A stretch of DNA of 64,000 nucleotides. It comes from Squalus acanthias. Lineage: Eukaryota. The notes beneath the pieces were generated by a model. The model did no database searches and had not been told where the DNA came from. It worked only from the letters and a program-made list of their open reading frames with translations. The stretch covers positions 47,306,001 to 47,370,000 of the forward strand of contig CM059430.1 in the NCBI GenBank assembly GCA_030390025.1, read 5' to 3'. Numbering within the stretch: the stretch's first letter is position 1; every line of letters begins with the position of its first letter. Shown in pieces: positions 40,085-51,625 of the stretch. A program made the position numbers and the translations under genes.

Positions 40085-40120
40085 ATAATTTTGCTTTGAA
40101 AAATGAAGGTTTGGAGACTG

Positions 40121-40302
40121 AAACAACAACAGAAAATGCTGGTAACACTCAACCGGTCAGGCAGCATCGTGGAGAGAGAAACAAAGTTAAATTTAACTCT
40201 GTTTCTCTCTCCACGATGCTGCCTGACCGGCTGAGTGTTTCCAGCATTTTCTGTTGTTGTTGTTTCAAATTTCCAGCATTCGCAGTATTTTGCTATTGTA
40301 TT
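40121..40302. mobile_element. Short Penelope-like element, copy C (palindromic, two inverted arms plus tail)
   Basis: Inverted arms of ~70 bp centred on 40191/40192. 15-bp TSD AAGGTTTGGAGACTG at 40106-40120 and 40303-40317. Confidence 0.8.
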
Positions 40303-40707
40303 AAGGTTTGGAGACTGCCCTCCACCCGCCCAAAATAAAACGACTTTGGCTGTGAGCCATTCTTATTCCACTACTCATCATGGAGTGTTTTGTTTCCCGG
40401 TGGCAGGGATGTGGCCACCTAAAAATAAATAAAATCCCATTGCTGGTGATTCAGGTGCTGTGTTAATGCTGCCTCTGACCCTACTTGACTGGGTACCACA
40501 AATTAAATATACACAGCTAATCACAGGGTCAGACTGTTGGAAAAAAGTATGCAGTAACAAAACATGTTTGTGAAGAGTAAGCAGGGAACACTTTACAAAT
40601 TCACTTCTACCATTCACCCCCCCCCGCTCCCCCACTCGAGTGAGCAAATAGGGAGTTCAGGTGCCGTTTCCACCCTTCCCCCCACGATTTTCCATCCATT
40701 AAAGTAG

Positions 40708-41092
40708 AGTGGCAGCACTCTCGCTTCCAAGTCAAAAAATTGTGGGTTTAAGCCCCACTCCAGAGACTTGAGCACATAATCTAGGCAGACACTCCAGTGC
40801 AGTACAGAGGGAGCGCTGCACTGTTGGGAGGTGTCGTCAAACCGAGGTCCCTTCTGCCCTCGCTCAGGTTGTCATAAAAGATCCCATGACACTATTTCGA
40901 AGAAGAGCAGGGGAGTTCTCCCCAGTGTCCTGGCCAATATTTATCCCTCAACCAGCATCATTAAAACAGATTATCTGGTCATTATCTCATTGCTGTTTGA
41001 GAGAGCTTGCTGTGCGCAAAATTAGCGGCCGCGTTTCCTACTTTACAACAGTGACTACACTTCAAAAATACTTAATTGGCTGTAAAGCGCTT
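40708..41092 (+). mobile_element. Deu-domain SINE
   Basis: Head remnant, AAAAGATCCCATGACACTATTTCGAAGAAGAGCAGGGGAG core, truncated at GTAAAGCGCTTT. Confidence 0.85.
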
Positions 41093-41365
41093 TCTCTGGA
41101 GGTTCCATCGATGCCACGCTGAATTTATAAGCGCAGAAATTCAGGGCCATTGCGGTTTCAGCAACACCTGCAAGTTCAAGTTCTGGAACAGCAGCACTGC
41201 CGAGAGTTCACAACCACTCAGTCTGTGTTCAGCTGACTTTACCAACTAGAGACTCAGCAACACTGATCCAGAGTCAATTTGGAGCTGTTTTAGATTTGTT
41301 TGGTCCCCTTAATTTGAAAAAGTGGGGCTACGACTACAAGTCTGCTGGCAAGATTTAGTGGTGTG

Positions 41366-42047
41366 AATAGAAACATAGAAGATAGGAGCAGGAGATTCGG
41401 CTCCTCGAGCCTGCTCTGCCATTCAATGAGATCATGGCTGATCATCCAAATTCAGTACCCTGCCCCTGCCTTCTCCCCATATCCCTTGATCCCTTTAGCT
41501 TTAAGAAATATATCTAACTCCTTCTTGAATATATTTAATGAATTGGCCTCAACTGCCTTCTGTGGTAGAGAATTCCACAGGTTCACCACTCTCTGGGTGA
41601 AGAAATTCCTCCTCATCTCAGTCCTAAATGGCTTACCCCTTATCCTTAGACTGTGACCCCTGGTTCTGGACTCCCTCGCCATCGGGAACATCCTTCCTGC
41701 ATCTAGTCCTGTTAGAATTTTATAAGTTTCAATGAGATCCCCTCTCATTCTTCTAAACTCCAGCGAGTATAAGCCCAATCGACCCAATCTCTCCTCATAC
41801 GTCATTCCTGCCATCCCAGGTATCAGCCTGGTGAATCTTCGCTGCACTCCCTCCATGGCAAGAACATCCTTCCTCAGATAAGGCGACCAAAACTGCACAC
41901 AATACTCATGCTGTGGTCTCACCAAGGCCCTGTACAACTGCAGCAAGACATCCTTGTTCCTGTACTCGAACCCTTTTGCTACGAAGGCCAACATACCATT
42001 TGCCTTCTTAACCGCCTGCTGCACCTGCATGCTTACCTTCAGCGACT
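41366..42047 (-). mobile_element. CR1-clade LINE 3' fragment, relatively young
   Basis: Uninterrupted 192-aa ORF (EYCVQFWSPYLRKD, RRMRGDLIETYKI, RRNFFTQRVVNLWNSLP) plus 3' UTR. Confidence 0.92.
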
Positions 42048-42330
42048 GCCAGACACCAGTCTCCCCACATCCAAATTAAAATAAGGCCAATATAAAAACA
42101 GCTTTAAAATGGTCCTCATGTAACTTCCCTGGGGCTGAACTGATTGTCTGAATTGAAGCCCTTCACCTCCAGGATGAACCCTCAATTTACATGAAGCGAG
42201 TTTTTTGCCTTGTGGCCACTCAAAGGAACTAGCAAAGCTTGCCTGCTGAGGGTAATCCAGTTCAAAATCCAGTCATTTGAGGATGGGATTCAAAGTCTTG
42301 AGATGGGAGTCCAGTGCTCCGCAGCTAAAA

Positions 42331-42745
42331 TCACTGAGCCAGGATACCCCGAACCCTGGTGACCACCGAGCCAGGATACCCCGAACCCCGGTGACCACCG
42401 AGCCAGGATACCCTGAACCCCGGCGATCACCGAGCCAGGATACCCCGAACCCCGGTGATCACCGAGCCAGGATACCCCGAACCCCGGTGATCACCGAGCC
42501 AGGATACCCCGAACCCCGGCGACCACCGAGCCAGGATACCCCAAACCCCGGCAACCACCGAGCCAGGATACCCCGAACCCCGGTGATCACTGAGCCAGGA
42601 TACCCCGAACCCCGGCGATCACCGAGCCAGGATACCCTGAACCCCGGTGATCACCGAGCCAGGATACCCTGAACCCCGGTGATCACCGAGCCAGGATACC
42701 CCGAACCCCGGTGATCACCGAGCCAGGATACCCCGAACCCCGGTG
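42331..42745. repeat. 32-bp minisatellite, 13 copies
   Basis: Unit TCACCGAGCCAGGATACCCCGAACCCCGGTGA. Confidence 0.97.
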
Positions 42746-43854
42746 GTTTCTCCTTCTCAAGAGTGAAATCTTTCTGTTTCAAGCACAATGTGCTAAACGT
42801 CAATGCCCGACCTGTCACAACCGTTTCATGAGCAACACACACACCTAAACTCTACTGTCAGAGATAACCCTCTGCATGTGGAGATCTGGCTACATTCAAC
42901 TCTTTCCTCCTACCAAAGTGATAGATTTAAGTCCTTATGAGGCATACTACCATCAAACCAGTTCTGAATCATCCCGATCCACACCACTGATTTACTGAAA
43001 GGAATCTGGACACAGCAACACATTCCAACCCTTCTACTCAGGAGCATTCAGTAACAGTCTGACATTTCACAACCGCATGCCTGTATGAGCTGCTCACTAC
43101 ACAGCTTTCAAACAAAAGCACTTTTGCCACAATGCTTGAAGCTCCATTGCCCTCTTCCCAATAATCCATCCACCCATTTTCACATCAGTCTCATTCATTT
43201 CAAATTAACCAATCTACGAGTTTCTCCTCCACAGACAGATAGGAAACAGAAATCAAAGTGCACTGACTGTGTCGGGAAATAATCATTTTTAAATTGAAGC
43301 AAAACGTGGGGTGGTGGGGAAGGAGGAGGAAAGGTGGGCCAGTATCTGAATGTTCAGAGATAGATTCCAAACCAGAAAACGCAGGAGTTTGATTAGAAAC
43401 ATTAGGCGTGGGGAAGAGAAAAACAAGATAGTCTTTGAGAAGCAATGCTGACACAGATTCAAACAGGAGGCAATATCTTTCATGTGGCATGTATGTCAAG
43501 GGATAAATGCCAAGAGATACAAAGTACCTTTCAATAAGGAACGGAGATTACCCATCTGTTGGTTTAAAATATGTGCAATATATAATTTGTAGCTCCCACA
43601 GATAGGTCGTCTGCTTAAGGAAAATGTCAGAGTATGAACCCAACAGAGGAATGAGTACAAGTTCACATTTTACCGACCACACGGATGCTATCTATGTATC
43701 GGTACAATGTAAGCTAATGAAGTACTGGAATTGCAGAAATTCACATCATTCATCAGAAAACAATGCTCACCTTGTAAGCTTTTCTTTTTGGGAGGTACTG
43801 CCCTTTACATTGGAAAGATTTATAAATAAAGCGGTGTTTCCAATGGCATATCCT

Positions 43855-44500
43855 CTCCATCACCTGCATAACATCGCCCACCTCCATCCCTGCCTCAGCC
43901 CATCTGCTGCTGAAACCCGCAGCCTTTGTCACCACCAGACTTGATTATTCCAATGCTCTCCTGGCCAGTCTCCCATCTTCCACCCTCTGCAAACTGCAGC
44001 TCATCCAAAACTCTGCTGTCCGTATCCTGACTCGCAGCATTTCCCACTCGCCAATTACCCGTCTTGCTGGCCTACATTGGCTTACGGTCCACCAATTCCT
44101 CAATATAAAATTCTCATCCCCGTGTTTAAACCCCTTCATGATCTCGCCCTTCCCTACCTCTGTAACCTCTTCCAGCTGTACAACCCCCGCCCAACCGCCC
44201 CCCCCCCACCCACCCCATCGAACTTTGCATTCTTCTGCTAATGACCTCTTGCAGATCCCTTCATCCCACCTCTGGAGGATATGGCTTCAGCTGTCTAGGC
44301 CCCACACTCTGGTATTTCCTCCCTGAACCCCTCAACCTCCATCTCCTACTTAAAACCCACCTCTTCAACCAAGCTTTTGGTCGCCTCTCCGAATACCTTC
44401 TTATTTATCTCGGTGTCCATTTTTGTCTCGATTACACCCCTGTGAAGCACCTTTTGTACAGTAAAGGTGCTGTATAAACGCAAGTTGCTGTTATTATTAC
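43855..44500 (+). mobile_element. L2-clade LINE 3' fragment
   Basis: Diverged match to 61015-61665. Confidence 0.75.
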
Positions 44501-45934
44501 TGCTAGCCAAGATGCGATCACAAAAAACCTTGAATTCATGCATGACTGCTGCTCTGTGCTTCCATTTTTATGGACACTTTTTCATTAAATAAAATAAACC
44601 CACCTTCCTCCCAATAATTCAAATAAATATAAAAAGCCAGAGGATAGACATTTTTAATGAAGTCTGTTAAAAAATACATGCAGCAGGCACTAAAACGAGA
44701 ACACCACCATCAGGGTTACCATGAGGTGCTGCTCAAAAAATATGAAAGCAATTTGGTTCCCCAATTCCCCTGTCCCTTTTGTTATGACTAGCCTGGTACC
44801 AGAGACGGTAGTAATCACAGTTGCACAGAAACAAGCAACAAAAAATAGCTTCTTTGAGATTTCTGGTATGTTGAGATTTTGGGTAATGATATATAGACTA
44901 TCCCATTCCTGGGAGCCATTCAATCTTTGCTCTATTTACAACCCCATAATTCCTTGAGACAAGCCAAAGCACAGACTTGTTTCACATTCCCATATATACA
45001 CACAAAAACATTTACATATTGACTAAGACTGGGGCTATTCTGCCTCAAGAGTGGAGATAAGATTTTCTCACTAATGCACCAAAAAGAGAAAACAAACTAA
45101 TAAAGCACAATATGTGGATCTAGGGCATTAGCACCTCAGATAGCAACTCACTTCAGCCCAAGTTTCCTGAATTAGGTTAGGGAATTGCGGATGGTTCTGG
45201 AATCTATCCGCAGTTAAAAACAAGCAGTTACTCCTGACTACAGCGAACATAAAAATCTGTCCCAGCTTGTACCTGGTGGTAGTGGGCGTGTTGGATTTTG
45301 CAACTTGCTATCTAGAAACAAGGTAGGGTTTGGCATCAAACACATATTGCTATCAGCCCGAGGATAATCTTAAGTATACAAAACCACAGGCTGCTGTGCA
45401 TCTCATTTGAAACTTTAAACTGCTCAAATGTTGCTGCTCTCGAGTCATTCCAATACAACTTGAGGGAAAAGCGAATATTCTAAAAAGGAGGTCACCTGAT
45501 GTCAATAGTATAGCGACACACACATTTATCACCAAGGATCGTGGCTCATTTTGTTAGTTGATGAATACCAATAACTAAAGGCACTTTTTACACTACAGGA
45601 GTGCAGTCAACTACAGACACACAGGTCTCCCTCCATTGGCTACACTCCAAAGTGTAAACAAACCCAGGTTGCAGGAACAGTGTGTGGGTCTATGATTCTG
45701 CCATTGTGATAAGGAACCTAGTTATAGCAATGTAGACTGGTCCCGCATGTTTGTCTCACTGAAACTATCAAAATGGAGCCCTGTGCACCTATGGGGGCTT
45801 GTTGCCAAGTCCGAACACGGGAGAGCGACATATAGACACAGCTCTTCCAAAACCGAATGCATGGTAAAAATGCCTTTAGACACTTGCTGAGGCATTTGGC
45901 TCCATCAGAGATGTGGAGTTCATCTGCTTTTATT

Positions 45935-46410
45935 GGAACATAGGAAAAGGAGTAGACCATTTCGCCCTCAAGCCTGTCCCTCCCTTCAATTAGATCTATA
46001 CCTCAACTCCATTTACCCGCCTGTGCTCCATATCCCTTGATACCCTTACCCAACAAAAATCTGTCGATCTTAGTCTTGAAAATTTCAATTATCCCAGCAT
46101 CCACAACCATTTGGGGGGGGGGGGAAGAGAATTCCACATTTCCACTACCCTTTGTATGATGGAAGTGCTTCCTGATTTCACTCCTGAATGGCCTAGCTCT
46201 AATTTTAAGACGGTGCCCCCTTGTTCTGGATTTCTCCACCAGAGGAAATAGTTTCTTTGTATCTACTCTACTGAATTCCTTTATCATTTCAAATACCTCG
46301 ATTAGATCACCCTTCAACTTTCTAAACTCAAGGTAATGCAAGTCATGGTTATGCAAGCTGTCCTAACCTGTTAAGCCCCTGATATGGTTCTGCTTAATCT
46401 GCGCTTTATT
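45935..46410 (-). mobile_element. CR1 3' fragment
   Basis: ORF 46003-46356: LEFRKLKGDLIEVF...SRTRGHRLKIRARPFRSEIRK. Confidence 0.8.
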
Positions 46411-46734
46411 ATAATGTGCCACTTGCTGCCAGTGGCGCACTATCAATAGAAAAGTGCCTCAAGACTTGCTAGCTAAACCCTAGCTTTGTATTCATTCCAA
46501 AAAAGTAAAGCTACATTCATATATACGGACTCTCCTCAATAGCTCAATGAGTTTATCCAGGGAGTTGCTGTACCATACATAATCAGGAAGGCCCAGGTTC
46601 AATTCCCAGTAAATGTTGATTTCACTTATCCAAGCCAGGATGACATGTAGGACTCCTGCCACTAGCCTTCAACGCCCCTGGGTTTAGGGAGAGGAAACTC
46701 AGCCAGGGTTTCTCTTCCTCATCAATATTTTTCG

Positions 46735-46910
46735 TGGCCAATATTTATCCCTCAACCAACATGGCTAAAACAGATTATCTGGTCAGTATCTCATTGCTGT
46801 TTGTGGGAGCTTGCTGTGTGCAAATTTGCTGCCGCATTTTCTACATGACTACACTTCAAAAGTACTTCATTGGCTGTAAAGCACTTTATGGTGTCCTGAG
46901 GTCGTCAAAG
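46735..46910 (+). mobile_element. Deu-domain SINE 3' part; its tail resumes at ~47311
   Basis: GGCCAATATTTATCCCTCAACC...TGAGGTCGT, with GCTATATAAATG after the nested element. Confidence 0.75.
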
Positions 46911-46911
46911 G

Positions 46912-47310
46912 TTTTTTTCATTCATTCACGGGATCTGGGCATCGCTGGCAAGGCCGACATTTATTGCCCATCCCTAATTGCCCTTGAGAAGGTGGTGGTG
47001 AGCCGCCTTCTTGAACCACATAGGGCAGTTAAGAGTCAACCACATTGCTGTGGGTCTGGAGTCACATATAGGCCAGACCAGGTAAGGAAGGCACATTTCC
47101 TTCCCTAAAAAGGGCATTAGTGAACCAGATGGGTTTTTTTTTTTTAATGACAATCCGGTAGTTTCATGGTCACCATTACTGATACTAGTTTTTAATTCTT
47201 TTTTATTTAATTTGAATTTAAATTCCCCAGCTGCCTGTGGTGGGATTTGAACTCACATCTCTGGATCATTAATCCAGGCCTCTGGATTACTCGTGCAGTA
47301 ACATAACATA
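46912..47310 (-). mobile_element. Different tRNA-type SINE nested in the Deu-SINE tail
   Basis: Minus-strand B box GAGTTCAAATCCC (~47243-47255) and an A-rich (TGAA)n end at 46912-46928. Confidence 0.6.
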
Positions 47311-48606
47311 GATGCTATATAAATGAAAGTTTTTTTTTCCATCATTATCTTAGCTCCTACGGGTAGTGAGCATTAGGTGAGGGCAGGTTTGTACTTGGCT
47401 ATGGCTAACCCACAGTTGAATAGGCCACCAACACTCACTGGCAAAGTGCGCATAATAGCTATTTGGACAAGATAATAGAAGACAACTGACAACAATGTCA
47501 GGAACCTCAACAAGGAATTAACGTGTTTGGGGTGGCGAAAGATTAGTTTTAAGTTGCATTTGCTGTATAATCTAAGATGCACGCAAGCCTGATTAAAATA
47601 CTTGACATTGTTTTACTAAATGTTCTTTATGCAGGAAAGCGGTTTCATTAAATTTACATTTCTGGTCACTTGTACATTAGGAGTTGTAAAGAGGTACGTG
47701 TAGCACACACACAGAGGCTTAAATTACACCCATTCTAGTCAGCACCTTGACTGTAGTCTGACACCTGCCTTTTGTGATTCGTCAGCTGGGGATGAGCTGC
47801 GATTTCACACCCTCCAGGCATAAAACTCACACCACCGTCACACCGACACACACGCCAGCTCCCACAACCTTCCCCTGCGGTTATAGGTGACTACCTTCAC
47901 ACAGATCTGCCAAGGTTTCTGGAACCCTTCTTCCCCCCCCCCCCAAAAAAAAACTTACCAAAACGGTTCTTTATAATTTGCATGAGATCCCAACCAAAGG
48001 AGCAGTACATGCCTGTGGGGGCCGTGCACTCCACTGTCAAGTCATACGAGTCTCTGTTAAACCTACTCGTTACAATAAACTTTGTAGCAAAACAGATACA
48101 CTTGAAAATGTATTGCCTCTGCTTTTCAAGAACTAAGTATGTAAAATGACCCCCACCTTTTCAACATTTAGCTACTTTCCTCAACAGACTGCTTTACCGG
48201 TGAATGCTGACTGTTCTCTTTGAATGTCACCAGCACAAGGACACTTTTTATCAGTACGGAGAGATCGAAGTTGACCTTTTTTATTGACATGTTGCAGAGC
48301 AAGAACAGGACACAAACTTTTGTAAATCGGACCCCGAGTTTTCAAAACAGAAAGCCCCCAGAGGTAGAAGCAGACCCTGGTTATGCTCAAATCACTCCGT
48401 TTGACTGTAATTTTTTTTCCAAAAAAAAAAGAGCGAGAACCACAGCAGGAGGATAAATAGCCTCTGCAATCTCTACAGTGAGGACCTTCCTTCAGACAAC
48501 GGCACAGCCCAGCAACATAAGAGAAAAGGGTTACAATCCTAACCCTGCCAGACACTACAGCAGCATTCACGAAGCACTGGGGGTCACATATACGGTACAC
48601 ACTTAC

Positions 48607-48621
48607 CAAGTAGTTCATCAT
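48607..48621 (-). CDS. BCAR1: BCAR1 first coding exon segment (M)MNYL
   Basis: Minus strand reads ATG ATG AAC TAC TTG|GTAAGT, a phase-0 consensus donor. Splicing to 28312 gives MNYLNVLAKAL, matching human MNHLNVLAKAL. Implied intron is about 20.3 kb. Confidence 0.85.
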
Positions 48622-48699
48622 TGATTTTTTTTTGTCCCGTGATGTGAAAATCACTCCAGGTCCCCAGCCCCTGAAAATAAAACTCCTTTACTGCTCTCC

Positions 48700-48960
48700 T
48701 GTAGCGTTTTTTTATAAAGTTTAATACATCATCCAGTAGTGTGACCTCACTTGTGTGGTATGAGATACTGGGAGCTGCCTTGCAAGCACACTGACTGGGA
48801 GGGAATGCTCGTTAGGTAATCTTATACTTTCCACAGGATTCAGACAGACTCCCAAGGTCCCTGGCTGCAATACGATTGGTCACAGTCAGCCTTTTCATGT
48901 AAATGAGCTTCCACTTAAAACACTATTGTCAGAGGGCTCTGCCACTGGATGGCGCTGTGC
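48700..48960 (-). promoter_or_regulatory. Candidate promoter region of the MNYL exon
   Basis: Repeat-free stretch with minus-strand TATAAAA (48716-48710), CCAAT (48879-48875), TEAD-type GGAATG (~48802) and CTCF-like GCCACTGGATGGCGC (48941-48955). Motif inspection only. Confidence 0.4.
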
Positions 48961-51356
48961 AGAACAAACACACTGCACAAAGGAAAAAAGGAGTGCGCTC
49001 TTTAAGGAGACAGTGTCCCCTGTTTTATGACCTACAAATAGGATTTGAGGAGGCTGTGGTATAAAATTTGAAGAGACTGCATCCTATTTTTATTTTACTT
49101 GCCCCAGCCCTCCCAAGTGACCATTCTTCATATGTGTGCCGTGACAGTGCCAGAAAGCTATTCCACCATAAGGGCAACACAGCTGAGCATAATCTTCCCT
49201 TCACCCAATATTCACATTTTCTAACAAAGGTCACTGGACAATGGACAGAAGCAGGAACCCTGACTGTATTTTTTTTAAACCCTCCCTATCCTAGGGACAC
49301 TAGTTAACTTTCCTGGTCTGCATAGCTTGAGCTCACCATTTAGGTTCACACATGAAATATGGCTGCTGGGGTGAGGGACTGAAGGATGAGCAGTGCTTGG
49401 TGGTAGCACCTTTACGCACTGGGAAGTCAGGAGAGTCAGGAAGTCAGAACCCCTCCCTTCCTTTTCAGATCTCTATCTTCGATCACTGCCATGACTCTAT
49501 TACCCAGTTCCTGAGATAGTTGCACCTTTTCTTTTGCCAATCTTCTTCCTCTCCTCCCCTGAAGGTATTGAAGTGCTGGATTGCAGTTCCACAAACACTG
49601 GTCATCCTTCAGTATCTCACCCAAGAATCATAGAAACATACAACACGGAAAGAGGCCATTCGACCCATCGTTCCTGTGCCGGAAGCAGCTATTTTTCATG
49701 TGCAGGCCTAAATTGTGAGCATCAGCAAGCTGTTCGACTTGGGGAGGGGGGGGAGGAAGAGGAAGGGGTTCCACCGCTTGAACCCCTTTCCTCACCTGTC
49801 ACACGTACACTTCCAGCAAGCGTCACTGGAAAGTGATCAGGACAGAGTAATCTGGCTCATTTTGCCCTTCCCAGCCCAGGAGCACTTAAGTATCAACTGT
49901 GGCATCCCTTACTTCCACCCCAGCCGAGACCCACTAACTCAGCATAGACCAGGCATCGATAATACATCTGAATATGGGTTTATCACAAAAATAAGCATTT
50001 ATAATCACAGTGTCAATCCACCACCTGTGAGTAATCCAATTTTAAATTACTGAAAAAGACTTTAAAAAATATACAGAACCATTCGCTAGATATATTGGGG
50101 TACTGTAGTCAGATCTTTAGTAAATAAAAAAAATACATTCAAAAGCTTTTAAAACATGCCTATAATGTCTTTGCGGCAAAAGAACCAGCTTAATTTTTAG
50201 AGCCTCCTCGAAGGCCCGCAAACGAGTGCAACTGCCGGAAACTCGCCATGGTGATTAATTGATCCTTGGGGCGTGGCCAGTTTTGTGGACGGGGACAGCT
50301 TCTAGCACGATGGTTTTTAAACTAGCGCAATAGATCGCGGAAACTCAATTTGCGCTGAATGCAATTTGCGCTGGTTATGCCAATTTCGGGCGAGTGGCAC
50401 CGAAAAAAAAGCAGCGGAAACTCTACCCCGCTGTTTCTACTTTCACTCTGACAGCTGGGAGTGCCTTCCCTCCAATACTGTTCCATAACTCTCTTCCCAT
50501 GAGAGTGAGAGGAAGAACAGGCATATTTATGAGCCAGTTTGGGCAGGAAAGAAATATGGGGTGCACTGGGTAGAAGTCCATTGTTTATAAAATCTCATAT
50601 TTAGAATCAAAATGCCTTAAAGTATGGAAATCCTGAGGTATGGGAATATTTAAATAGTTTGATTGGGACTGACCATGCATTTAATTTTATTGCCGATTTG
50701 GAGCTAATCTGAACCCTCCTGTAATCTCATATAAATGGTAGGAACTGTCCCGGACCACAGCAGAAACAGTACCAATCAAAAATGCATCATGACAGCTCAG
50801 ATGGCCCCGTTCTGTCACAATTTTGTGTGATGCAGAGAAGGTGAACTGACAGTCTTCTGAATACCTCGAGCTGTGTGTCAGAATGCTGATAAGACCAAGT
50901 CACCAGGCTTCAGCAGCTTGCAGTCAGGTTTCGTTCTCCAGTCCGATACTCTATTGCTCCAGCTAATATTTAAAAATGCACTGACAGATGCACTGGACTA
51001 GAACTTGGAAACAATGGTGACCGTTGGTGACACGCTGTGAACTGCCTCATAAACTGTACAGTTTAAGGTGAAATGCACACTAAATAAGCACTGTTTGCAA
51101 ATATTTGTATTGGCATTTCTACTACTGTATAACCGCCTCACTTTCTTGCTGTAAAATTTTACTTGAGTCTTTTCTGCCATTTTTATTGATTGCAGTTAGT
51201 CCCTGGGAATTTAATTGTATGGATTTTTTTTTTTAAAGCACAAGCTCTACTTGTCCTACATAGGAACCAAATAGCAAGAAGTAGCAGGATGGGCTCTACC
51301 TGCCACCCTTTAGTGAAAAGGTATCATCTTGACCAACGTCTAGATCATCGTCTGCC

Positions 51357-51625
51357 ATGGATGTAAAAGATCCCATAGCACTATTTCGTAGAAGAGCAGT
51401 GGGGATCTCCCTGGTGTCCTGGACAATATTCATCCCTCAACCAATACCACTAAAACAGGTTATCTGGTCATTATCACATTGCTATTTGTGGGACCTTGCT
51501 GTGCGCACATTGGCTGCAGCGTTTTCTACATTACAACAGTGACTACACTTCAAAAGTACTTCATTGGCTGTAAAGCGCTTTGCGACATCCTGAGGTCGAA
51601 GAGGCGCCAAACAAAAGCAAGTATT
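51357..51625 (+). mobile_element. Deu-domain SINE 3' part
   Basis: GGATGTAAAAGATCCCATAGCACTATTTCG core through to the tail. Confidence 0.8.

Noticed and set aside
42277-42842. Pro-rich ORFs
   Set aside because: They are translations of the 32-bp minisatellite.
47953-47983. Possible alternative first exon ATG CAA ATT...TTT G|GTAAGT on the minus strand
   Set aside because: The donor is phase 1 relative to the ATG and the phase-0 frame has a stop, so it cannot join the SH3 exon in frame.
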